From the human T2T-CHM13v2.0 reference genome, Homo sapiens, in assembly GCF_009914755.1 (NCBI RefSeq), contig NC_060934.1: DNA of 64,000 nucleotides. One strand, 5' to 3'. A program made the position numbers and the translations under genes. This document shows, piece by piece, positions 1 through 17,525 of the stretch. Each line of letters starts with the position of its first letter. The stretch's first letter is position 1. Under the pieces are notes generated by a model that ran no database searches, had not been told where the DNA came from, and saw only the letters and a program-made list of their open reading frames with translations.

Positions 1-42
1 AAAAAGTAAATAAATAAATAAATTAAATTAAATTAAATAAAG

Positions 43-1036
43 TACAGTTAATCCTGAGGCCAACTGCTCTCCAGCTGTGACATTGTGAAACCAAACAACT
101 CATGTGTATCCAAAATGCAATCATGGGACAGGCATAAAATACACATTTCCATTCCAAAAGAGAGAAATCAGGAAAAAAGAAAGGGGTAACAGATTCCAAG
201 TAAGTATGAAGTACAAAGTACAAAGCAAACTCCATGAGATTTTAAGACTTCAGAATAATCCTCTTCGGCTCAATGTTGTGCCTTTTAGGCACACAGTGAC
301 AGTAGTCCTACATTTCTGACCCACTGGGGTGACAATCCTGCCTCTGAAACCACTGGGGCAGTGGTCCCGCCTCCACAGCTTCGCACAATTGTTAGGCCTG
401 TTGAAAGAAAGGTGATGGTCTCCCCTTTTGAAACCAAGGAGGCAGCCCTAATGATCTCTGAATTGCGTTTGAGGTCATTCTTCTCCGGTTTTAAAGAATA
501 GTGCACATTTGAAGCTGAGTAGCTCTATAGTTCTGTCCTATAAAATACAGAAAGTAGGACAGTCTTCCTTTATTCCTTTTTGTGTCCTTTTTCTTCAAGT
601 CAAACTGGCAGTTTTCCTGCTCTGGTGGCTGAGTAAGTCCATGGTTCACATCTATATGAATCTCCTTATCTTGGCCACGCCCTTAATGTTCTTCCACGAA
701 AAGGTCTCTTTTTCTTTCCATATGAATAAGCTGAAAAATGTTCAAATCTTTAAGTTCTGCCTCCTTGTTGCTTAATAATTCCACTTTAAACCGTTTATCC
801 TTCTTTCTGCTTACCATAAGCAGTCAGGGACAGTTAAGCCTCCACAACTTTGCTTAGAAATAACTTCAGCCAAGTAGCTTCGAATAAACACTAGAACACA
901 AATACAATTCAGCAAAGCTCTTTGCCACTTTGTAACAAAGATTTTTTTTAATCTATTGTCAACTAACATGCTCATTTCCATTTGATACCTCATCAGAATG
1001 GCCTCTACTGTCCATATTTCTTCCAACATTCTGATG
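43..1036 (-). mobile_element. MaLR (ERVL-MaLR) internal-region fragment, MLT1/MST-int-like
   Basis: Degenerate matches to recalled MaLR-int motifs, e.g. TCCAAAATGCAATCATGGGACAGGCAT...TTCCATTCCAAAAGAGAGAAAT (~109-170) and CTCATTTCCATTTGATACCTCATCAGAATGGCCTCTACTGTCCATATTTC (~971-1020). No ORF. Confidence 0.65.
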
Positions 1037-1347
1037 ATTTAAATCCTAGTCCAAGTCTGAGTGCCAGAAAACCAGGAGCAAAATTTCCAAGGGCAGAAGA
1101 AGATGAATGTCTCAACTCAAGCAGAGAGCAAGCTTGCTGTTCCTCTACCTTTTGTTCTATTCAGGCCCTCAACAGGTTGGGTGGTGTCCATCAGCATTGA
1201 AGAGGGCAATCTTCCACATTCGGCCTACAGATTCAATAATGATTTCTTCTGAAAACATCCTCACAGACACACCCTGAAATAATATTTTGCCATATATTGG
1301 GTCATTCCTTAGCATGGTCAAATTGACACCTAAAATTAATCATCACA
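1037..1347 (-). mobile_element. ERV-L 3' LTR (MLT2C/D-like), truncated at its 3' end
   Basis: The minus strand begins TGTGATGATTAATTTTAGGTGTCAATTTGAC (MLT2 5' terminus) at 1347, immediately after a polypurine-tract-like GATAAAGGGTAGGAT. Aligns to the LTR at ~12935-13203. Confidence 0.85.
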
Positions 1348-4218
1348 ATCCTACCCTTTATCAACTTGGCATTTATAAACCTCTTCTTAAATACCAAATA
1401 CCTAAATAAAGACAATAATAAGGTCCTAATTCCAACTAATGTGATACAGCTATCCTGCACATTGGTCCATTTTCCAGTAGAGAAGGTAAAGTCCATGAGT
1501 GGTTTTCTCTTCTCCTGGTAACCCATTCTTAAATACTATTATGTAAAATTAATAATACTAAAATGGTGATATAAAGTCGGTACATTTTATATTATATAAT
1601 TGAAAAAAAGAGAGAAAAGAAACCAAAGATATTGGCTTAATATATGTATGTATATAAATATATACACACAGATGTATTTGTGTGTATATATATGTGTACA
1701 TATCAAATGCATATATGTGTGTGTATATATATCAAAATAAGAAGAAAACACTCATGGCAGCTTGAGTCCTTGTTTCTGTAACTAGTCATATGATTGTAGC
1801 TGGTATTTATAACTATCTTCTTCTACTACTCATTCTGTATTTCCTTTGCTTTCAGCAAGTACATTAGCTAATTGTGGTTGTTTACCTGGTAGGGTGACCC
1901 AAACCTTCATTCCTGAAGAGTCTCACCTATTAGTAGTCCTGTTTGAATTGGGTTGTAGTTTTCCATTGACCTTAGTTACAGGGCATGGTAACACTGAGAG
2001 ACACTTTAAGGGATCTCCTGTATTCCAGACATATTCTTCTTTGCCTCCATTTTGGAGAAGTAGTTCAATTTCCCCTTGGTAGTCAGGATTAATCACCCTA
2101 GCTAACACCATAACTCCCTTCTTTACCTGTTGATTCAGTGAGATGAGGAGCCCAAAGTGGCCAGGTACTTGTCTTAAAAATCCCAATTCAGTGAAATCAT
2201 TGTTGTGCCTCCTGGTAGAAACATTCTTCCTTCTTGAACAAGACCTCTAGGCCAGCAGAGCAGAATGTCATGGGAACAGGAAGTAAACATTTTGTTAGTG
2301 AATTTCCAAGGGTGACAATAAGAGGTGTGGTGCTACTCCTGTTTCCACCTCTTGATTTCCAGACTCATGAATCCTGGCTATGAAAGAAACAATGCCATAT
2401 ATTGGAGGCTAATTTAGAGCATATACAGACTTCTGAAAAACCATACCCTAGCCCTGCAAAGTTTTGACACTCACTTGCACTGTAACTGAACCTTCAAAAG
2501 GCCATTTTATTGCTCTATCAAGCAAGCTGCTTCAGAATGGTGGTGATCATGGTAAGACCAGTGAATTCCATGAGCATGGCCTCCTTACCACATTTCTTTT
2601 GCTGTGACATGATTTCATTGATTAAAAGCAATGCTGTGACGAATACCATGGCAGTGTAAAAGGCAATCTGTAGATCCACATATGGTAGCTTTGGCAGAAA
2701 CACTGCACTCAGGGAAGAAAAACCCAGAGTAAGTGTCCATTCCAATAGGGACAAAATACTACACATTCCATGATGGAAATAATTCAGTGTAATCAACCTG
2801 CCACCAGGTATCTGACTGATCACTTTGGGGAATAATGCCATATAGAGGACTCAGTGCCAGTCTCTGCTGCTGGCATGTTGGGCACTCAGCAGAGGCCATA
2901 GCCAGGTGAGCCTTGATGAATGAAAGTCCATGTTGCCGAGCCCATGCTTAACCTCTTTTCCTATCACCATGGTCACTTTATTCGTAAGCCAATTGGGTGA
3001 TAACAGGGGTGGTTGGGGAAAGAGGCTGACTGGTATTCAAAGAATGGGTTACTCTGTCCACTTGATTTCAAAACCCCCCTCCACTGCTGAGGTCACCTCT
3101 TGGTGAGCATTCTTGTGGGACACACATATTTTAACATTTTTTTTCCTTCAGAGATATATATTCATATATCTCTTCCCGATGTTTCTTTCTCAGCAGTTTT
3201 CCAATTACGTTTCTTCAAATTCCCTGACCATCCAGTCAAACCATTGGCTACAGCCCATGAACTGGGATAGAAGAACTTTTTCTCATTTCTCCTTTGTGGC
3301 AAAATGTGTGCAACCAGGTACCCTGTTCAAAGATCTACTCACTGGGAAGATTTTCCATCATGACTCTCCTTCAGGGATGTCCTTGAGAGGGGCTGTTGTG
3401 ATGCTGTTGCCCAGTTTTGGGGGGAATCTGCGGAGTCACTAACCTGGCTAAATTTATGATAATCCTCTGTCATTCTCCAAGATCCATTTGTCTTCTGCAT
3501 AGGCCAAATAGGAGAGTTGAATGGAGATACGGTGTGAATTGCTATCCTTGCATCTTTTCTTAACAGTGGCACTAATAATCTCTGCAATCCCTCAATGAAT
3601 GTTTTATTATCAGTGATTTACTATGTTCATGGGTAGAGGCCATTCTAGTGTTTTCACTTGGCTTTTCCCATCATAATAGCCCTAACTACACAGATCAGAG
3701 AGCAAATGTGGGGATTCTTGCAGCTGCTATGTATGTCTCTTTCAATTATGCATTCTAGAACCGGGAATGCATAATTGCATACCCACAGGATGGGTTTAGG
3801 GACACACTCGACCCACTATGAGATGGATCTGGGCTAAAACTTTATTTATCAACTGACCTTCATAAGCTCCTACTCTGAATGGTGAGCCACGATGATGATT
3901 AATATTATTTCAGAGCTAGTGTCCAGTAGTTCCCCTAAAATTGGATTATTTTATTTTTCCTAATGCACTGGCCAAGATCTTTTTGGGGAAGACTGGGAGA
4001 AAGATTTACAACATACTTTTTGGTAGTCTGTTGGAATATTTCCTCAAGAGGAACTGGATTCCCCCTTACTTCAAGGGGGTTCTGGGCCTATAAATTGGCT
4101 CAAGTCTGAGAATTGATTGAAAGATGATGACTAACTTTATAATTTGAGATACACTTTTGTTTACTTGACTTGGAATTTTTCTGTTTATACATATCCAATA
4201 AGACTTTAGTAGACTTTT
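1348..4218 (-). mobile_element. ERV-L internal region, 3' part (degraded protease/RT N-terminus, RNase H, integrase, dUTPase)
   Basis: ORF 3339..3587 SPFNSPIWPMQKTNGSWRMTEDYHK (ERV-L RT start), followed by QPLSRTSLK...GKSSQ (RNase H). ORF 1923..2186 PGHFGLL...KKGVMVLARVINPDYQGEIELLLQNGGKEEYVWNTGDPL (ERV-L dUTPase after integrase). No env. Confidence 0.9.
1640..1732. repeat. (TA/TG)n low-complexity tract
   Basis: Alternating purine-pyrimidine TATATGTATGTATA...GTGTGTATATATAT. Confidence 0.8.
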
Positions 4219-4255
4219 ATTTCATAATGTATACATATTCCAAAACATCATGTGG
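4219..4255 (+). mobile_element. Short L1MA-type 3' end fragment, left half (split by the L1PA7; right half at 10833-10897)
   Basis: CATAATGTATACATATTCCAAAACATCATGT continues at 10834 as GTACATGATTAATATACACAATTTCTATTTGTCAATTAAAAAA, an L1MA 3' terminus similar to those at ~44550-44645 and ~54720-54815. Confidence 0.7.
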
Positions 4256-4261
4256 TCAATT

Positions 4262-10832
<6,571 letters not shown>

Positions 10833-10897
10833 AGTACATGATTAATATACACAATTTCTATTTGTCAATTAAAAAATACATACGTTTTAAAAAAAGA
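10833..10897 (+). mobile_element. Short L1MA-type 3' end fragment, right half with A-tail
   Basis: Continuation of 4219-4255 ending in A-rich runs; ERV-L gag resumes at about 10900. Confidence 0.7.
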
Positions 10898-10899
10898 AT

Positions 10900-12737
10900 A
10901 GTCTTACTATTTCACTTCTAAGTACATCATGATTAAACTAGCTAATTTCATAGGTCTGGGCAAGTCAGACTATCCTGATTGCTGCTTTCACCCTGCTGCC
11001 CATTACAGTAACCAAGCCCAGCCTGCCTTTGGTGGTTGAGTTCCACCACTTGGTCTCTGATACCCCAGGAACCAGTTACTCCCATTGCATTTAGATTTTC
11101 CAATTCAGTGACTGCAGTTCCCACTTTGAAGTGTGACATACAGAAAGAGTGAACCCAGAGTTCTTCAAAGATCCTGGGGTTTCTTTCACAAATTTATTTC
11201 TCATAGAGTGGTGGAAGGTATGTCTTCTGTACCCTCCCAATGTGGGTGGGTAGTTACTAAATTATAAATTCATTCTAATATTCTAACCTCCTAAGCCTTT
11301 GAATCACTTTCTCTACACTAAACCAAGGTACATCCAGCATTTCCAATTTGCTCACAGTGGACCATCCTTTGGTCCTTGTTCTAACCAGGCAACCAAACTG
11401 TAGAACGCTTTCTATCCCCAGAAGCTACAACATTAAATGCAGAATTTCTGCTAAATGAGCACATATCAATAAATATGGCCTAATCCTACATTATCTTTCT
11501 GCCACCATTACCCCATACTGTTAGTATCATCCCCACATACATTCTCTGGATTCTGCCTTATAAATTAGAAAACTCAAGAAGTGCTTTGTGAGTGTAGCTT
11601 ACATCCTCATGGGTCACATTTTACACCTCACTCTTAGAAGTCTACTGAAACTTGAGTCCAATTATAGGTCTGGAAGCAAAGATGAGAGATAAGGGGTGTC
11701 CTGAGGAAAATCAGCTTCGAATTACGTGGCAACTGCCTTAGGGGAGTCCATTACTGTTGTCATTGCTCAAGGAAGGCAGGGTCAATCCCCTCAGATGGAT
11801 ACAAAGGCCCAGACTATTGTGAGTACAGACAAAGGCAGATACCACTGAGGGTGGAGAGACTGACCCTTGGGAGTAGTGAGGTCATTGTCACTGTGTCACT
11901 GGGGGTGGGGAGACCAATATCTCTGGGAGTGGTGTTGCCATTGTCACCAGAGGTGAAGAGACCAGTGCCACTAGGATTTAGAAGGCCACTTCCATTAGGA
12001 GTGAGAAAACTTCTTCCATTGGTATGGAAGACTTAACAGAATTTAGGGGTGAATGTATCTAGTTTCATCAAGATCGTTCCACACATCCCCACTGCAATAT
12101 ATATATATAGGATCCCATTTTCTTTTTCCAGTCAATACCCTCACCCTAAGAGTAGAAATCATTCAAAGATGAGAGTTCAACTTGCACTGTAATTTAACCA
12201 GTTGCAGGATGAGGTTTTGTGTTTAAGTTTTAGCAATTTCAGCCCTTCAGCTACAGGAAATAAGGGACCCTTTCAGGACACACACAGATGCTCTTAGGTC
12301 ATTTATTTGGTACTTGAGCTAGGAATTTGAATCCTAGAGCACATTCTTTTCTTTACCAATTCATCCAGTGACATTTTCAGGTGAGATTGGGTGTGTTCAG
12401 GGTGGTAGGGCCATAGACATATCCGGTGACATTAGAAGTAACCAACGAACATAATTATATTAATTAGTTTTCCAAAAATGTTTGAAAGTATCATATACAG
12501 AGTCACCTAGCTCCTTGTTTCTTATACGTGGTTGATTAGAATTATACAATGCAGATATGTTGCATATTTTTTATAAACAGTTCATGCCATGGACTATCAG
12601 TGTTCTCTTTACTAACAAAAGAAAGTCATCATTGTCTTTAATCAGATTAGGGAATCAGTTCTAGATACCCCAGAAACAATTCAGAAAACTCATCCTTAAA
12701 ATTTTGTTTTCCTAGAACTACTCTAAACACTAAAATC
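10900..12737 (-). mobile_element. ERV-L internal region, 5' part (leader and degraded gag)
   Basis: ORF 10948..11139 VGTAVTELENLNAMGVTGSWG...LNHQRQ...YCNGQQ (ERV-L gag C-terminus). Leader GATTTTAGTG...TAGTTCTAGG...GAGAACACTGATAGTCCATGGCATGAACTGTTTA resembles the HERV-L 5' internal sequence. Confidence 0.9.
12377..12418 (-). pseudogene. 3'-truncated (nt 1-42) 5S rRNA retropseudogene without a poly(A) tail
   Basis: Minus strand GTCTATGGCCCTACCACCCTGAACACACCCAATCTCACCTGA versus 5S nt 1-42 GTCTACGGCCATACCACCCTGAACGCGCCCGATCTCGTCTGA: 35/42 identical, with 5 of the 7 mismatches being CpG transitions. TSD ATCCAGTGACATT (12363-12375) / ATCCGGTGACATT (12421-12433). Confidence 0.92.
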
Positions 12738-13203
12738 TGTATTAGCCAGGGTTCTCCAAAGAAGTTAAGAAGGCTGAGAAGTCTCATAACCTTCCAGCTG
12801 TCTGCAAGCTGGAAGCCCAGGGATGCCAAAGTGCTACTTTGAATCCAGCTTAAATCTGGTGGCCTGGGAACCATGGAAACCAGTAGTGTAATTCACAGTT
12901 CAAGTGCAAAGTCCTGAGAACTGAGGTGTCAATGATGTAAGTTCTGGTCCAAATTGAAGGTTCAAGAACCAGAAGCCCTGATGTCCAAGGGCAGGAAAAT
13001 ATCAATGTTCTGGCTCAAGCAGAGAGCACATTTGCCCTTCTTCTGCCATTGGATGATGTCCACTCAAATTGAGGAGATCTTTGCTCAGATTTTTACTCAG
13101 TCTATAGGTTCAAATGTTAATCTCTTCCAGAAACACCCTCACAGATGTACCATCTTTCTGAGTATTCCTTAGCCCAAATTAACACCTAAAATTAACCATC
13201 ACA
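12738..13203 (-). mobile_element. ERV-L 5' LTR (MLT2C/D-like)
   Basis: TG...CA termini: the minus strand starts TGTGATGGTTAATTTTAGGTGT and ends GGAGAACCCTGGCTAATACA, followed directly by the ERV-L leader. Confidence 0.9.
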
Positions 13204-13800
13204 ATATCCAATACTGAACTTAATGATTTCAAAATCCACACTGACTTGCATTGCCTAAACATTTTTCCCTTCATGGTAAGTCATTGATCTGTTCTTTTGA
13301 TTTCGCAGGTCAAAAATGTTAGATAACTTTTTTTTTCCTTTTTAACAAATGTCACTCTTTCCACCCTGACTATCAGAGTATACTATTACTAGAGCAATCA
13401 AGTTGGTCAGATAATATCAGTTCTCTGCTTTAAAGACTCATAGCTTACTATCTCACGTGGCTTGAGAAATCCAAAGCCCTAGGAATAGCCTGTGGTTACT
13501 TATCTCTTGTAAGTCTCCAGCTCACTTACTTTGCTCCAACCACATTGACCTCTTTGCTTTCTCTTTAAAATGTCAGACATGATCCTTCCTTAAGACTCTT
13601 GTACTTGCTAATCAATATGCCTCCAGCATTCTTTCCCCCAAATAACCACATGGTTCATTCCAATACTTTCTTAAGTCATTCTTAAACGTCAAATTGCCAG
13701 TGACACCTTCTCTAACCACTATATAAAAAACAAGACTCCCATCCCAGACACACCCATACACTCACAGACAACCCTCTCTGATACTCACTTTCTTTTCATC
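13204..13800 (+). mobile_element. L2 LINE remnant
   Basis: Degenerate L2 3'-region motifs (AAATCCAAAGCCCT, CTCCAACCACATTGACCTCTTTGCT, GCATTCTTTCCCCCAAATAACCACATGG). Confidence 0.55.
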
Positions 13801-13824
13801 TATCTCTAAATTAAATAAATGAAA

Positions 13825-13869
<45 letters not shown>

Positions 13870-13900
13870 ATCTATCTATCTACCTATCTATCTAATCTAT
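13825..13900. repeat. (TATC)n/(GATA)n tetranucleotide microsatellite, compound
   Basis: About 11 perfect CTAT units followed by interrupted units. Confidence 0.95.
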
Positions 13901-16900
13901 TCATCATGAAAATTTTATTACTTTTCTGCCTTACTATGTTAAGTATAGCTCTTTATAGTTGGAGGAGTTTTCCTAGTTAGGTTTATTGTTGTTTGTCCTA
14001 TAACTAGAATAGTACCTGGGGCATTACATGTTTTCCCTCATAAGAGGTAAGTTATTCTTTCAGCACAATTGCAGAAAATTGCTGAGTTTCAGTCTATACC
14101 TTAATTCTGAAATTTAGCAATCTAAACTTGTGATTTATTTCTCTAAGCTGGTTAGATCTGTTAATTTCAGTCCCATCACACCATAGGTCTTGTGTTCACT
14201 GTGTTGTGCATATTCTCCTCTAGTAGTGGCAACTCCATCCTGCAAACTTGGCTTTCACAGTGCATTATGGATAATTTTATTAATGGTTTCACCTTGCAAA
14301 CTATAGGCTGCCAGATCCAATTATCTTAATGTGAACCAGGCTTTACTTTTCATTCACACCCGGGCCAGTGACCAATATCAGGTTTCAGGTCTCTTGCCTG
14401 TAACACGCTCTAACATAATGTTTTCAAATTCATGTTTGAGAGGTAAACAAGATTAACCAACTCTGAGTAATTGGAATAGAAAAAAATATACTTCAAAACA
14501 TGATATTTCTCCAACAATGTTTGGTGATTTATGAAGCAAGGTTCATGAAAAGGGCAGGAAATAATGGAAACTAAGAGGTTGGAACTACAACCAAAATCAT
14601 GCTTTAGGTCCACCCAATGGTAAGTTTCCCAAATAAACAATGAGTTTCAAATTCAGAGCATGAGAGAAAGTGTGAAATATTTACTGTTCCAATTGTTTTT
14701 TTCCTTTTCCACCTTCTTCCTAATCAATCAGATGCCCATATTATAAAGTTAACTTTAGTGTTACTTTTTATTTGTTTGTATTTAGCAACGTTGAGTGAGT
14801 TATTTAAATTCTTTAAATCTCCTTAGGAGTTAATACAGTATCAGTAATAGACCAATATTTTGGGAATTATATTAACAGGTCTAATTTCTTGGTGTTTGGA
14901 GGTATCTCACAGCCTACATGAAAGGTAAGAAATCCCCCGAAACTTATACCACAGATTAGTAACTTTTCTATTCATTTTGCATATTTTCCATTGCATTTCT
15001 CCCTTTGAGACATTAATACACCATGCAAAATAAAGTTTATATGTTTCAGAAGTAAAATAGCAGGTTACCATAATTTTTTCCCTAAACATTCCAATGTCTT
15101 TGTTTTCATCATGATATATATTACTCAATGTTTCTCTTCACTTAAGAAAATACAATGCAAGTCTGACCTGATCTATCTTAAACTTCATAATGGGGCTGAC
15201 ATTTTGCAGTGACAATAGCATTGTGTTTCTGGGTCAAAGTTAAATACTACTAACATTTCTTTTATTTATGGAGGAAAGAAAAGACAGCACTGCCATATGC
15301 TTTAATCATTTACGTGAGTTGCTCAACAAAAATTTGAAAGGCCTTCAGGCTCAAGCAGTGTTTGCTGCTGAGCATTCAATTGCAATTGCATGCTTCCTAA
15401 CTGAGCTGAAAACAGCCTACAACTAAATTTCCATTTCAATTTTCTAAGCTTGATAACTTAGAGTTACATTTGGAGTAATTCTATAGCAGGGCAAAGGAGA
15501 TGGATATTCTAGAAATACTAATAATTTGGCTTGAAAGTCAAGTTGAAATTCACTTAATGATATTTGAGAAACGTATTTTACCTAGATATAGGTGAGACAT
15601 AAATAACATGATGCCTAGTATAATTAAAACACTGAATATATTTTCTTTGTAGACTATATGTACACAGAAAAGTAAGGTAGTAAGTCAGTTATCCTGGTTA
15701 TTTATGTTAAATAAGGACTTTGCTTGGTTTGGACTATTGGAACAATTTCTAGTTTTGAATGCAAATATAATTCTCTATTTTCTATTTCATTTTTGAAGTA
15801 ACTTTTTACTAAGAAAACAATGAAACCTTAATAGATTGACCCACTCTGCTATGCAACCTTTTAATACCTATAGTAAAGCCAGTGAATTTGAATTGAAACA
15901 ATTGGTAACTAAGGCATAAAACTCATTTTATATATTTTGCTCTTATTTTAAATTGTTTTTATGAATTTTTAATGAATTCAGGGTATACTTATTTCAAGGA
16001 ATGTTATTATATCTCAAATTTAATACATAGAAATATAAATAATTTCTACTTTCAAACAATTACTCATTAAGTTAACCACTGTAACTCAAAATTTATGGGG
16101 TTTTTTTACATATACACGTATGGGTGTGTATGTAAAACATGGTAGCAATCATATAAATTAGCATTTTTACTCAATGTTATTTACATGTTAAACATTTTCT
16201 GTGTTGAAAAAAATCTTCATAATTATAATGTTAATGGCTACCCAATTATCTCTATGTTCAATTGTAATTTAAACCATATTTCTATAATTGTTTTCAATTT
16301 CTCAAAATAGTTTGTTATTAAGCCAGAATGTTCTGTTGAATATTTTCTTTAGCATAATTTCTTAGGTGTGAAATTACAGATATATGGTAACATTTTCCTC
16401 ATTCTTTCTGTGTATCATCACTAAGGTTTACATGTGTTTTACCATTTTACCTAAGCAGGTTGTATATGCAGTGTTGAGTTTTATCATTTAAAATATTTGG
16501 TATGAAGTTATTTCTCAAGTGGAATTTTTCGTCTCTCTCTCAAACATAGTCCCACTTTGTCTAAGCTTTTCTATCTTCCTCTGCATGTGAAGAGGAATTT
16601 CTAATTGGATATAGGCACAAACAATTGTGTTTAGGATTATTTTATATTAAAATTAAGATGCTTTCTTCTGTTTCGTCTCTTATAATTCTTCTTTTTGTGT
16701 TTTATCTCCATGCCAATTTTACATGGCTGTGTGTGTGGACTCAGAGTGCCTCTTGAGGACCAGCCAACTTTTTTCTCTCTGCTGCATACCTAAGTATTCA
16801 GTTCCAAATATTTTAATTGGCATGGGGAAGTAATAAATAAATAAATAAATCTTTCTTAGAACTTAAATTTAAGTCATGTTTTAATTCTACATTTTTACCA

Positions 16901-17169
16901 TGAATTGAATAAATAAATATTTAAATACATTCATGAACTAATGGATAAAGAAAAGTTTATATATTATTAATACATTGATTTGATTCAACTAGGACAATAT
17001 AAAGACCTGATTTGTTTGTATTTAATTAGCAAGCCATTATTCCAGCATTATAGATTGTTATAGCAATAGCCCTCAATTTAATCATGGCTGTTTGTATCCA
17101 TGCTATTGAGAAGACTAAAATCCATTTATACTTAACTTGGTCACATGACTCGCTTTGGACAGCAAGCCC

Positions 17170-17525
17170 TGGGGTAACAGGTATATGTGATAGAAGGAGG
17201 GACTTCAATGTGCTTCTGCTTTGGAATATACCTTACTTTGCTGTTTCTTTGAAAACTATGATCACCCCCATGCAAATGAGTCCCAGGCTAGCCTGATGGT
17301 CATAGCCACAGATGATAGGAAGCACTGACCCCCAGACCTGTGGGTTAGTTCATTCTAGACAAATCAGCCCCAAGCTGACTGTAGGTGATGTGGAAGCTCC
17401 AACCTTACCAGTGGAAAAACCACCCAGCTGATTCAAACCCATACTGACATTGGACAGAATTGATTCTTGTTTTTAGGCATTGAGTTTTGGGGTAGGTTAT
17501 TTCACAGCAAAAGCAAACAATGACA
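17170..17525 (+). mobile_element. Old MLT1-type MaLR LTR
   Basis: CCCAGGCTAGCCTG, AACCACCCAGCTGA and a 3' end TTGTTTTTAGGCATTGAGTTTTGGGGTAGGTTATTTCACAGCAA...ACA typical of MLT1G/H. Confidence 0.6.

Noticed and set aside
11838-12035. CRISPR-like array
   Set aside because: The units are degenerate head-to-tail repeats with no unique spacers, there are no cas genes, and the context is a mammalian ERV gag.
12377-12418. Functional 5S rRNA gene
   Set aside because: Only nt 1-42 are present; the box A/IE/box C promoter and the terminator are absent.
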